Assembly: GCA_024181965.1 (NCBI GenBank)
Contig: BQXS01012765.1
Coordinates: 1-40,770, forward strand
Origin: Aduncisulcus paluster
Taxonomy: Eukaryota
Length of the DNA: 40,770 nt
Reading direction: 5' to 3'
Shown here one piece after another: positions 24,986 through 35,485 of this stretch; the first letter of the stretch is position 1, and every line of letters begins with the position of its first letter. Under the pieces are notes generated by a model. The model was not told where the DNA came from, made no database searches, and saw nothing but the letters and a program-made list of their open reading frames with translations. Position numbers and translations under genes: made by a program.

Positions 24986-25543
24986 ATGCCACCACAACCG
25001 AGTTCATCTCAAACTTCTAAAAAATCAAAGAAAAATACAAGAAAACATCGCAGAAGGCAGGCTAAAATGTCAATTAAAGACTTGTCTGTCAATTTATCGA
25101 ATGCTATCAAATATCATCGTAAATCCCTCAAGTCTTCAACCATTGATTTATTAGAATTTATTTCATATGATATGGAACAACTTGTAAAACTATTTGATAC
25201 AGTTTTTAAGGCAAAAGGAGGCTTCACCATGAGTTTGCGGTTATGTCTTAGTTCTATGGAAAAACAGGGTAAACTAATGACAAAACGCATTGCTGACGTT
25301 AGAAAAGATAAAATACCAAAGGAAATTGAATCATGTATTCAGAATATCGAAGAAGGTAGAGATTTCATTCTCGGTTCAACAATTGTTGCTGTAAAATCGA
25401 AAAAAGAGACTGAAGCTAAACGTACTACTGTTCAAAAGATGTTTACTCCTGTTGGTCTTGCTATTACTGTCGTTGGGGCTGGTGCGATTTTATCATTTGT
25501 ATTATACTGCATCACCGTTGGGAAAATTAAGATAGAATTTTAA
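24986..25543 (+). CDS. small basic protein with a single C-terminal transmembrane helix (tail-anchored)
   Basis: 185 aa; K/R-rich N-terminus; hydrophobic VGLAITVVGAGAILSFVLYCITV close to the C-terminus. Confidence 0.7.
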   Translation: MPPQPSSSQTSKKSKKNTRKHRRRQAKMSIKDLSVNLSNAIKYHRKSLKSSTIDLLEFISYDMEQLVKLFDTVFKAKGGFTMSLRLCLSSMEKQGKLMTKRIADVRKDKIPKEIESCIQNIEEGRDFILGSTIVAVKSKKETEAKRTTVQKMFTPVGLAITVVGAGAILSFVLYCITVGKIKIEF

Positions 25544-25631
25544 ATAAAATCTGAAATAATGCCTTAAATAAGATAGTAAGATAAATAATTTCTTCAAGAA
25601 TTCGTTTCATTTCATCGGTTAGTTAGTGGGT

Positions 25632-26852
25632 TTATTCTGTGATTGAAATTACGAATCCGCCTGCTTCCATTGTCTTAGATTGGATTAAATCGGCGGCAGA
25701 TGAGGTTCCTAGCCGGATTAACTGTAGCAACTCCTCTGCATCGTTGTAATCCCATGATTTCCAGTCTAACACCTTGGCCTGCTTGATCCCTGCCATTGTC
25801 TTATCGTCTGTCTTAATGGCCTCATAACGTTGAGGTGAAAAAAGATGATAACAGAATAAGAACATACAGTGAACAGCCCATTGTCTTAGCCTATTCCGAC
25901 TATCACTCAACTTTCCATGGATGTGGATTAATGCTGGGATGGAGGGCACTTTTGTAAGCTGGGGTAGGGTGACACGATCGTTGTTGTAAATGGATAACTC
26001 GGAAATTTCCTCGGCAGCAGCTGCAATAAAGGAATCCGAGAATGAACCTCTACGGGCAGAAATGTCTGACTTGAAACGTTCAACGGGACCCTTTCTGGCT
26101 GACGACTCGCTATGTTCGCTCAGAATGGATCCTCTTTTTGCCGGGGTGGGTGATAATTGGACTGAGATTGAAGGAAGGGCATGTTGAGCATCATCTGCTG
26201 GGATCTTTGAACTTGTACCTGTTGATTCTTCTGAATGGGATAGTTTATGGTGCAAAATGGAATCTTTTTTATGTTTCTTGCTTAGTTCTTCCTCCATTGT
26301 TGAGTTTTCTCGAATAATATCATCAGGAAGCATCATTAATAGAGATCCATCCTCACCGGCACTATCACAGTAGGGATCGTATGAAACGGGTGAAGCAATG
26401 ATGGATTTGAGTGTATGGAATATGGTTTCTTTATCGGATTGCTGCATTTGGCCAGAAAGATCTTTAGATTGAAGCACAGTCGATAACAAGGATAAAGCGC
26501 CAATTTTAACATCAATAGTTTCTAATTTGTTTGATAATACAATGTCAATAAGTTCAAATAATCCATAACTGAGGATGGTTGTTTGGACCATTGGATTGGC
26601 TGAAAATATAATTAGGGAAAGACGACGAAACATCATCAACTTACTTTTTTCTGCAGAATATTGATGAACATCAAACTTCTCAAGAATCATTCGAGCATCA
26701 GATAAATACAAATCCTCAAGAGGCTTCGTTTCACTCCTTTTGTCTCTTTCATACTTATCAGCTCTGCTAAATATTTGACTTCTTGATCTCATCAATCGAA
26801 AACTTGCAGAAGGAGTTTCCGCACTCTTCCTCGATGATTCTTCTCGGAACAT
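25632..26852 (-). CDS. hypothetical protein, 406 aa, with ARM-like helices; 5' end uncertain
   Basis: Long ORF; a possible upstream splice acceptor (CCTTTAG, ~26873) may extend it. Confidence 0.7.
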   Translation of the reverse strand: MFREESSRKSAETPSASFRLMRSRSQIFSRADKYERDKRSETKPLEDLYLSDARMILEKFDVHQYSAEKSKLMMFRRLSLIIFSANPMVQTTILSYGLFELIDIVLSNKLETIDVKIGALSLLSTVLQSKDLSGQMQQSDKETIFHTLKSIIASPVSYDPYCDSAGEDGSLLMMLPDDIIRENSTMEEELSKKHKKDSILHHKLSHSEESTGTSSKIPADDAQHALPSISVQLSPTPAKRGSILSEHSESSARKGPVERFKSDISARRGSFSDSFIAAAAEEISELSIYNNDRVTLPQLTKVPSIPALIHIHGKLSDSRNRLRQWAVHCMFLFCYHLFSPQRYEAIKTDDKTMAGIKQAKVLDWKSWDYNDAEELLQLIRLGTSSAADLIQSKTMEAGGFVISITE

Positions 26853-27371
26853 ATGAAAAAAGTTGTTATGGACTAAAGGATTGGGAAAAGGTAATTAATG
26901 TTTGCAAAGACAAAATGATTTGTTGATAATTAAAATAAATTATCTTGTTAATAGTCTATAAACTAATGTGATCACCAGGAAAATCAGCAAATGTGTTTAC
27001 AAAAGTTTTCAAGAGTTGATATATCATATTTAATGCAACTCTTGGACGTTTCTTTCGATTTTCTCAAAGAATATATTTTGAAAAAGTATTAAATGTGTTT
27101 AGATGGGTGAGATCTCCCTGCAATTTTCATTTATCCCAATTCTAAATTTCAACGGAATTATTCATTGTATGGAAAATTAAATAGACTATACCATCATAAG
27201 ATATCCGATATCTATTTTGGATAAACTCACAGTATCTGATCTACACTCTGAATGGCTCCGAGAGTTTAAGGTTTGGTACAGTTACTGTCATATCTTGTGA
27301 CAAAAACATTAATATTTATACAAATCGATTATTTATTACTTCAAATATCAAAGAATTTTTATTAAATAGAC

Positions 27372-30300
27372 ATGGGAGCTGAAAGTGTTAAAGTGTGTAT
27401 CCGTGTTCGTCCTTTCAATAGAAACATTAAAAGAGAAAGTGAAGAATCCGGTGTTACTAGAATTGTTGATATGTCTAGGACTGCTGTCTATCTTACCGAT
27501 CCCTCAGATACCACTGGAAAGAAAAAAGCCAAACAATTTACTTTTGATAGATGTTTTTGGTCCTTTGATAACGATATTCATGATTTTGAAGGGCAAGACG
27601 TTGTGTACAACTTTTTGGGAAAAGATATGCTTAACCAAGGTCTGAAAGGTCTTAATTATACAATTCTTTCCTATGGACAGACTGGATCTGGGAAATCATA
27701 TTCTGTTACAGGTCCTCGTGATGATCCTGGAATTGTTCCCAGGGTGGCAAAGGAACTTTTCGATATTGTGGCCAATCCTCCTGAAGATAAGCGAAACATC
27801 AGATTTGAGGTTAAAACTTCCTATTTAGAGGTTTATAATGAACAAGTCCGTGATCTTCTTGTTCCTAAACCGGCTCCTCTTGAGGTTAAGATGGTTCCCA
27901 AGAAGGTTGATCCTGCTGGAGTTATCATTGAGGGTCTTGATCGTTTGCCTGTTAATTCCTTTGAATCTATCTCCAAGCTGCTCTACGAGGGTCTTGAGAG
28001 GAGATCTGTGGCTAGTACCGCCTGTAATCAAGGTTCTAGTCGTTCTCACTCTGTGTTTACTATTTATTTCACCCAGTATGAACATGAAGATCCAAAAATC
28101 ATTAAACAACTTGAGGGTATTCCTGATCCCGCCGAACGTGCCGATAAGAAGAAACGTTATCTCGCTGGTTTGAAGATGGAATCTCAGTTGCATCTTGTCG
28201 ATCTTGCCGGATCTGAGAGGGCTGAGCACACTGGTGCCAAGGGTCAGCAGATGCGTGAGGCTTGTGCTATCAACCGTTCTCTGTCTTCCCTTGGTCGTGT
28301 TATTGAGGCTCTTGCCAAGGCTTCCACTGGAAAAGGGAAAGGTCTGATCCCCTACCGTGACTCTTCCTTGACTATGATTTTGAGTAACTCTCTCGGAGGA
28401 AATGCCATGACATCTATGATTGCTGCCGTATCGCCTGCCCATATTAATTACGATGAGACCTTGAGTACCCTTCGTTACGCCAACAATGCCAAGAAGATCA
28501 AGAATCAACCTACGGTCAACACAAATCCTGATAAAGCCTTGATCAAGGATCTTCAGGAGAAAGTGAAGAAGCTTGAGGCCATCATTGCAAAGTATGGATC
28601 CCTGGAAAACATGGAACAGGGGCTTGAGGCTGACGAGGAGCAGAAGAAGAAGATGCAAGAAGATTATGAACGTAAGATGGAGCAACAGCGTCGTGAGTTT
28701 GAAGAAATGCTCAGAAAAGAACGTGATGAGGCCAAGAAAGGTTCTCACGTTGCCGTGATCGAGAGATGTGAAGCTCCTCACCTTGTCAATCTCAATGAGG
28801 ATCCCCAACTTTCCGAGACTGCCAAGTATCTGTTAGATTTCGAGCAGACCATTGTAGGAAGTGATGGTGCTCTATCTGGGATTACTGGAGGTGATGACAA
28901 GAAGCAGAATGCTATCTTGTTACAGACAGCTGGTGTGAATGCCAAGCATTGTGTGCTCTCTTACGAACCTGTTGATAATGCGGACATGTGGAAGGAACAT
29001 TTTGCTGCCCTAGATGAAGCTCGAGCCAAAGAACTCGAGTCCAAGATGGTCGGGTCTCCCTCGAGTGTCCCTCCACCTTCCTTAATCACTTCTATGCCTA
29101 TTCCTGAGGGTCACGCTGTCTTCTTATACGTTGAGGAAGGCTGTGATGTTTTCATTAACGGTGACAAGTTTTTGGAAATCATTGAGAAATCCGAGGAATC
29201 TATCCAAACCAGTGGGAAGCTTATGCTCCGTCACAATGATCGTGTCATCTTTGGATCTGCTTCGATGTTTAGATTCAATCATTTCGCTTCTGAGGATGCC
29301 TACCTTCAGAAAATCAAGGACGCCGGATTTACTTCTTTCGTTCCTCGTAAGTTCGATTTCCACACTGCCCATCATGAATATAGTTCCAAGCAGCTTGAAA
29401 CCGGGATGTCTAAGAAGCAACGTGAAGAGAATGAGGCCAAGATTCGTGAGATGGAAGAAATGATGCAGAAACAACGGGAGGAAGCAGAGAAAGCCAAGGC
29501 TGCTCTTGAGGAGCAGATGAAACAACTGCGTGAGAAACAGGACGAAGAAGCTGAGAAGGAAAGGCAGAAAGTCATGGAGGAAATGCAACGACAGAAGCAG
29601 GAGATGGAGGAGAAACAGAAAGAGCTTGAGAAGCAACTCAAGGAGAAGCAAAAGGAAGCCCACCGCCAAGAAATGGAGAACGATATCCTCAATGCTGATC
29701 TCTCTAGAACCTTGCCTCTTGTCCAAGAAGCCAAGGTGCTCTCAAAGGAGTTGAAGAGACCTGAGTTTATGTTTGATACGACCATCGCAATCGACGCTGA
29801 TTCCAATAAGGATAGCCGTTCTAGCACTGTGATGGTGCGCATGAAAGATATGAAGAAAGGAATCCAGATCAGCATGCCAAGTCCTGCCTTCGAGAACAGA
29901 GTCTTCCAGATGCGTGAAATGTTCAGACAATACCGTGAAGAGGGTTCTATTCCTGAACTTGATGCTGCAGATGACCCTTACTTCCTTTTGCCCGATGCTG
30001 AGCTCATTGGTAAAGTCTCCCTCATGCTGAACTATCTGGGAATGTGTCAACCTCACAATGGAAGGTTCTCTATCGCTCCTTTCAACCGAGAGGAGGCTGG
30101 TTCCATGGATTGTCAGGTGTACGCCTATGCACCAGCTGCTCTTCCCGAAGAATGGGCTGAGAAACTTCGCAAAGGTGAGAAAGAAGCCTCCGTTCCTGAA
30201 GGGGAGATTGGTGTGTTCAACATTTCTCCTGAATACCTTCCAACTGTGGAGGATCTCGATGGAGAGTTGATTGATTACATGGACCCCATTGAAGATGATG

Positions 30301-31049
30301 TTCCCAAGATATTCATGACAGAAGGAAGTGTCATCGATATCGTGGTCAAGATCACTCGGTTGGCCGGACTTCCTTCTGATTTCTGTGAGGATCCTTTCTG
30401 TGAGTTCGAGCTACTCGGTGAGAAAGTCAGGACTCCCCTTGTTGAGGGGCGTTCTGTCAATCCTGTGATGAACTTCACATGTGTCATTCGTCAGCGAGTG
30501 AGTGGACGTATGATTTTATCCTTTGGTGAGGATTCCAACGATAACCTTGTCATTTCTGCTTTTGCTTCTCCTGCCCTTAAGCCTGAGATCCGTCGCGAGC
30601 TCGAGGCCCGTGTGAAAGGAAACTCCGATCGAGAAGAGGAGAGGAAGAGGAAAGAGGAGGAAGAGGAGAGGAGGAATAAGGAGGAAGAGGCCCGTCTTGA
30701 GCGTGAAGAGGAAGAGAGGAACCGTCGTGAGGCTGCCAAGAGAAAGGAAGAGGCTGAAATGGAGAAGAAGGGAATTAGTACGATTGGAACTGTTGTATCA
30801 GGTGAAAAGAAACTGCCTGATTCTGCTCGTAAAGCTCACGGGGAAGAGGAAGAAGAAGGAGAGAAACCTGTGTCGAAGGCGACTAAATCCCCTGAAGATG
30901 AGAAGGAGGATGCCAGGGTTAAGGAAATGGAACGGAAAATGAAAGAAATGGAGGAAAAAATGAAAAGAATGCAGGAGGCTGAAAGAAATGGAGAAATTAA
31001 GGTTGCTGACCAATCTACAGAAAGTGCTTGTAGCTGTACAATCGTATAA
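27372..31049 (+). CDS. kinesin-3 family motor (KIF13/KIF28-like) with FHA domain, coiled coil, C2-like domain and CaaX end
   Basis: VKVCIRVRPF, P-loop GQTGSGKS, SSRSH, LVDLAGSER, IPYRDS; kinesin-3 'PHLVNLNEDPQLS' and FHA 'LRHNDRVIFG'; ends in CTIV. Confidence 0.95.
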   Translation: MGAESVKVCIRVRPFNRNIKRESEESGVTRIVDMSRTAVYLTDPSDTTGKKKAKQFTFDRCFWSFDNDIHDFEGQDVVYNFLGKDMLNQGLKGLNYTILSYGQTGSGKSYSVTGPRDDPGIVPRVAKELFDIVANPPEDKRNIRFEVKTSYLEVYNEQVRDLLVPKPAPLEVKMVPKKVDPAGVIIEGLDRLPVNSFESISKLLYEGLERRSVASTACNQGSSRSHSVFTIYFTQYEHEDPKIIKQLEGIPDPAERADKKKRYLAGLKMESQLHLVDLAGSERAEHTGAKGQQMREACAINRSLSSLGRVIEALAKASTGKGKGLIPYRDSSLTMILSNSLGGNAMTSMIAAVSPAHINYDETLSTLRYANNAKKIKNQPTVNTNPDKALIKDLQEKVKKLEAIIAKYGSLENMEQGLEADEEQKKKMQEDYERKMEQQRREFEEMLRKERDEAKKGSHVAVIERCEAPHLVNLNEDPQLSETAKYLLDFEQTIVGSDGALSGITGGDDKKQNAILLQTAGVNAKHCVLSYEPVDNADMWKEHFAALDEARAKELESKMVGSPSSVPPPSLITSMPIPEGHAVFLYVEEGCDVFINGDKFLEIIEKSEESIQTSGKLMLRHNDRVIFGSASMFRFNHFASEDAYLQKIKDAGFTSFVPRKFDFHTAHHEYSSKQLETGMSKKQREENEAKIREMEEMMQKQREEAEKAKAALEEQMKQLREKQDEEAEKERQKVMEEMQRQKQEMEEKQKELEKQLKEKQKEAHRQEMENDILNADLSRTLPLVQEAKVLSKELKRPEFMFDTTIAIDADSNKDSRSSTVMVRMKDMKKGIQISMPSPAFENRVFQMREMFRQYREEGSIPELDAADDPYFLLPDAELIGKVSLMLNYLGMCQPHNGRFSIAPFNREEAGSMDCQVYAYAPAALPEEWAEKLRKGEKEASVPEGEIGVFNISPEYLPTVEDLDGELIDYMDPIEDDVPKIFMTEGSVIDIVVKITRLAGLPSDFCEDPFCEFELLGEKVRTPLVEGRSVNPVMNFTCVIRQRVSGRMILSFGEDSNDNLVISAFASPALKPEIRRELEARVKGNSDREEERKRKEEEEERRNKEEEARLEREEEERNRREAAKRKEEAEMEKKGISTIGTVVSGEKKLPDSARKAHGEEEEEGEKPVSKATKSPEDEKEDARVKEMERKMKEMEEKMKRMQEAERNGEIKVADQSTESACSCTIV

Positions 31050-31387
31050 GAAAGAGATTCTTTATATCATAATTTTTTATTGTTTTTTCATTGTCTCCGA
31101 GTATTGTGACAGCATAGTTTTTCTCGAAGTGAATGTCCAGCTCATCTTTTCATCATTTCTTAGTATGTATGTATTATCGTTTTTTACCGTTATTTATCTT
31201 TTCCCTCGAATGAATAAACCTGAAAGATTAGTGATTATGTTATATTCTTTTGAAGAGCTAAGAAATATGGAATGGAAGGTCACAAAGGAAAAAAGAATCC
31301 ATATCAAAGCCATTGACTTCTTAAATAATGTTTTTGGTGTTAATAAACACCCCTTAGAAAGGAAATTAAGTATTAATTAAATTAAAC

Positions 31388-31717
31388 TTAAATACCGAAA
31401 CCGTAAAGGGTACGACCTTGACGCTTGAGAGCGTAAACAACATCGAGGGCAGTCACAGTCTTTCTGTTAGCGTGCTCAGAGTAGGTGATAGCGTCACGAA
31501 TAACGTTCTCCAAGAAACCCTTAAGGACACGACGGGTCTCGTCGTAGATGGAAGCAGAGATACGCTTCACACCACCACGACGGGCGAGACGACGAATAGC
31601 GGGACGACTGATTTGTTGAACAACCTCACGCTCGCTAACTCTTGTGGTTGAGTGGCGCTTAGCACCCTTACCCTTACCTTTACCTTTACCAGATCCTTTA
31701 CCACGACCTCCAGCCAT
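31388..31717 (-). CDS. H4: histone H4 (divergent N-terminal tail)
   Basis: [48 protein letters not shown]. Confidence 0.97.
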   Translation of the reverse strand: MAGGRGKGSGKGKGKGKGAKRHSTTRVSEREVVQQISRPAIRRLARRGGVKRISASIYDETRRVLKGFLENVIRDAITYSEHANRKTVTALDVVYALKRQGRTLYGFGI

Positions 31718-31729
31718 TATTAATACTTA

Positions 31730-31825
31730 CTGCAAGGAAGAAGAAAGAGAAAATGAATATATAAGAAAAAGATCAAATAAAACACTAAATGGTACCAAAA
31801 AGACATGTTGTTGCTGAAAACATAC
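31730..31825 (-). other. putative 96-nt 5'-UTR intron of histone H4
   Basis: Minus strand reads GTATGT ... long pyrimidine tract ... TTGCAG, ending 12 nt before the ATG; same donor as the four coding-region introns. Confidence 0.65.
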
Positions 31826-32288
31826 TCAACTGATTGACAAAAAACAGTGGATGATAATCGGCCAGCCGCACCAAATCCAATTTCATTTCTATAAATATAT
31901 TTCGGATGATTTGAATTTCATAATATTTTTTAAAAGTGCCGAGATATTAAATTGATTAAGAATCTTTATAATAGAAATAAAATATTGTAATTAGATATGT
32001 AAATTTCCTCGTTAATTATTTTATCAGAATTAAATTTGGTGATAATTATTCCTCGATCCTCTAACGAATACATTAATATTTTTATCAACCTTGGGTGATT
32101 TAGAATTATAATTGGATGGAAATCATTTTTTATTAACTTATTATTTTTATTTGCTGATCCAGTGATGATCCGAATAGTGGATTCGGTTTCGGATCCGTTT
32201 TTGCCTCAGTTGTCAAATTCCACATTGGCAATTTTTGTTTTAACGATTATTATTTTAAGTATTGTTTGCTCCTATTTATATCTGTGAA

Positions 32289-32843
32289 ATGCGCAATATC
32301 TTTCTTACTGATATTGATCTTATGCGCCTTGGACTTATTTCTTATGGTTCAGCACGCTCAAAAAAGCGTTATATCCCAATTTCATATCAGTCTTTGAGAA
32401 AATACCTTATTGAATATAGAGGTATGGCTGAAGATGAGAGAATTGGTATTAGTACCTCTTCTAAGGGTTACTGTGAGCAGTTTTTTTCCTCAAGAATGAT
32501 TGTTTTTGACAGAAAAAAGGAGGAATTTCTATTTTTTTCCCCTGAATCATGTTCTACTCCCGATCCTCATAGTCCTCGAGGAATCTCATCTTGCCGGTCC
32601 ACTCCTAACTTGAGTTCTGTTCCCCTCTCCGATTCTATATCTTCTTCTATTCGGAGTTTCTCAGCTTCTCCTGAAAGTATTCACTCAGAATGTAGTTCTC
32701 CAAGAAGGGTCGGCAGGTCTTCCATCTCGTCCACCCTCTCCTCTTCTGACACTGCTTCAGAGGTCATTGTTGATGATGATGGGGGAAGTCGTGTGAGTTT
32801 GCTTCTACCAAGTGGAGTAGTGAAGAATATTTTTGTTTGTTAA
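32289..32843 (+). CDS. hypothetical Ser-rich protein, 184 aa from the first ATG
   Basis: ORF 32262..32843 starts at TTG in the track; the first ATG is at 32289. Confidence 0.6.
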   Translation: MRNIFLTDIDLMRLGLISYGSARSKKRYIPISYQSLRKYLIEYRGMAEDERIGISTSSKGYCEQFFSSRMIVFDRKKEEFLFFSPESCSTPDPHSPRGISSCRSTPNLSSVPLSDSISSSIRSFSASPESIHSECSSPRRVGRSSISSTLSSSDTASEVIVDDDGGSRVSLLLPSGVVKNIFVC

Positions 32844-33167
32844 ACGAATTATGTTATTGATATGTCTTATTTTTTGTGTTTTTGATTTCTTATTATCAGA
32901 TTTTTTATGGTTATCTATTTTATAATTTGGTAATTATTTAATGTTCTAATTTTATTTTTTGTGGCATTATTACCTTTTTTTTTTGTCTTGATATTTGTCT
33001 CTATGTTCGGTTTCTTGATAAGATGGTGTTATTCACTATTTACCTTGTCTATTAGTTTATATGACTTATCATCTTATAATATTTTATTAATATGACGTAT
33101 AGTTCTCTATTATTCCTCGGAATTCGGTGAAGAAATTGTCTAATTCTGTTTTTGAATAAATTGCTTC

Positions 33168-33425
33168 ACAATAGAATGAAATAAATCCCCTCAGTCCCCC
33201 CTTCGAACACCACCCTATCTCCGTGATGCATTGTTGTCCGTCCCCATTCTCCTTGTGGGTCTGTCTCCCGTGGTGTCAGAAACATCAAAACGATGACATT
33301 TTCTTGAATCCTTGTAGAACGACTTCCGGATCCATATATATATCACAAACACTTCAAAATTGGTACTTTATTGGTGTTTTATGTCCCCATGAGTTTGATC
33401 AAGCTTTGATATTTTGCGATGATTA
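33168..33425 (+). repeat. left arm of a ~259-bp inverted repeat
   Basis: Reverse complement of 35226-35485; the only difference seen is one extra TA unit in the right arm's (TA)n tract. Confidence 0.95.
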
Positions 33426-33702
33426 CAAAGTTGTTTTTTGAATTGTTTTTTAACACACAATGAATTCATCTGGTCATGAAAAAGTTGCCGCGGATGTAAT
33501 TTTTTTAACTGACATTGAATTTTATTCCGTCTCCATCCGAGTACAAACTCGATTCATGAACACAGATAATGTTCAGGCTGTTCAGGTCGAATCGCTGTGT
33601 ATTTTGCATTCGTTTTGTACCCGTATACGGCTTTTCCCTCTTCTAGTACGACTAGAATAAATACTATTTATTAAATAATGAACATTTAATCCCAAATTAA
33701 CT

Positions 33703-35162
33703 TTATAAATCCTCGAAGGACCCTCTGACAAGCTCCTCGGTCATCTTGGCATCAATGGCGGGGAACATAACAGAATAAGGACGCTTCATGAAGGCCTCAA
33801 CAACTTCTTTCACGAATTGGTCTTTACCCTTGGTCCATCCAAGGTTCTTGATGAGCTCGCCCATTTCAACGGCAAGACCCCATCTCTTGAGCATGGCACG
33901 CCATTTCTTGATACCATCTTCAACAGTCTCAACGCCAAGACACTTCTTCAGAAAACGATCGAGGATCATCCTGGCACCCTTGGTGGGAGCATGCTTATCG
34001 ACAAAACGCAACCAGGAAGGAGTGATCACGGCAAGACCAGCAGCATGGGTCATCTTGTGGATCACTGCACTGCAAGAGTGCTCGATTTGGTGAACAGTCC
34101 AGTCTCCACCAGAACGAGTCCCGGCCTGGATGATCCCATTCAATCCGACAGAGGCCAACCAAGCAAGGTCAGCACGGTCGTAATAGTCGAAAGAATCAAC
34201 GGGGGCACTAAGAATCTTGTCTCCAGCCTCAACAATACCACTGAACACACCCTCCATAATGGCGGCAGGAGCAAGGGCAATCTTGGAGGNNNNNNNNNNN
34301 NNNNNNNNNGGTGAACAGTCCAGTCTCCACCAGAACGAGTCCCGGCCTGGATGATCCCATTCAATCCGACAGAGGCCAACCAAGCAAGGTCAGCACGGTC
34401 GTAATAGTCGAAAGAATCAACGGGGGCACTAAGAATCTTGTCTCCAGCCTCAACAATACCACTGAACACACCCTCCATAATGGCGGCAGGAGCAAGGGCA
34501 ATCTTGGAGGTCTTGTCATCAACATCGGAGTAAGACCCGAAGTAGGTATCAAGAGTGTGGACAAGGGCATCAACAGCTCCGTGAGCAATGTGGTGACGGG
34601 GCACAGTCCGTTGGTAAGAAGGATCGACAAGAGTGGCAGTGGGATAACACAGGTCGGGGAAACCAGCGTTCCATTTCAGATCCTTGGCTAAGTTGGAGAT
34701 AACAAACCCAAAGTTCTGTTCACTGGCTGTGGCAGAGATAGTGAGCACAGTGTAAAAAGGAACGGCCTCGGTGGGGAAATACTTGGATTCCATGATTTCC
34801 CAAGGATCTTTGGAATCTGGCATCTTGACAGCGAGACACAAAAGCTTGGTACTATCAATCACACTACCACCTCCGATGGCAAGGATGGAATCACATTCTT
34901 CCGCATGGAAACGAGAGCGACAGACACGAATGAATTCGACAGTTGGGTTGGGCTCAACACCACCAGCCTCGACAAATTCGATACCGTTCTTCACCAATTC
35001 CTTGGTAACGGCATCAAAAATACCATTCCGCTTGATGGAACCACCTCCATAGTGAAGCATAATCTTTTTACGATCATCCTTCTTAATACGAGCGACAAGT
35101 TCAGAAAGACGGTCTTTACCGAAAATATATTCGGTTTTGTTATAAAATGTGAAATTTTCCAT
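33703..35162 (-). CDS. iron-containing alcohol dehydrogenase (BdhA/YqhD-type butanol dehydrogenase/aldehyde reductase), ~412 aa
   Basis: MENFTFYNKTEYIFGK, YGGGSIKRNG, GVEPNP, AIGGGSVID; metal ligands in VDALVH, HQIEH and THAAGL. 413 codons after removing the 221-bp gap duplication. Confidence 0.93.
34089..34510. repeat. 201-bp duplication flanking a 20-N gap (artefact)
   Basis: 34089-34289 = 34310-34510; Ns at 34290-34309. Confidence 0.9.
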
Positions 35163-35225
35163 GTGATTAAAGCGCTCTTGTGGGCAAAAGAATGGGACGT
35201 CTTGCGAGACAGCATCCAATCCACA

Positions 35226-35485
35226 TAATCATCGCAAAATATCAAAGCTTGATCAAACTCATGGGGACATAAAACACCAATAAAGTACCAATTTTGAAGT
35301 GTTTGTGATATATATATATGGATCCGGAAGTCGTTCTACAAGGATTCAAGAAAATGTCATCGTTTTGATGTTTCTGACACCACGGGAGACAGACCCACAA
35401 GGAGAATGGGGACGGACAACAATGCATCACGGAGATAGGGTGGTGTTCGAAGGGGGGACTGAGGGGATTTATTTCATTCTATTGT
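35226..35485 (-). repeat. right arm of the ~259-bp inverted repeat, 63 bp upstream of the ADH start codon
   Basis: Reverse complement of 33168-33425. Confidence 0.95.

Noticed and set aside
27825-30739. Long antisense ORFs opposite the kinesin (similarly opposite the RME-8-like and ADH genes)
   Set aside because: Shadow ORFs caused by codon bias of the sense genes.
31722-31733. ATACTTACTG resembling the U1 snRNA 5' end
   Set aside because: No U1 stem-loops follow; better explained as the reverse complement of the H4 UTR splice acceptor region.
33223-33441. Twin small ORFs MMHCCPSPF... (also 35242..35430)
   Set aside because: They are read from the inverted-repeat arms, the TA indel shifts their frames relative to each other, and they resemble no protein or transposase.
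2191-34510. Apparent internal protein repeats, split genes and frameshifts at six sites
   Set aside because: Each is a 152-256-bp overlap duplicated around exactly 20 Ns; collapsing it restores a single in-frame gene, so these are scaffolding artefacts.
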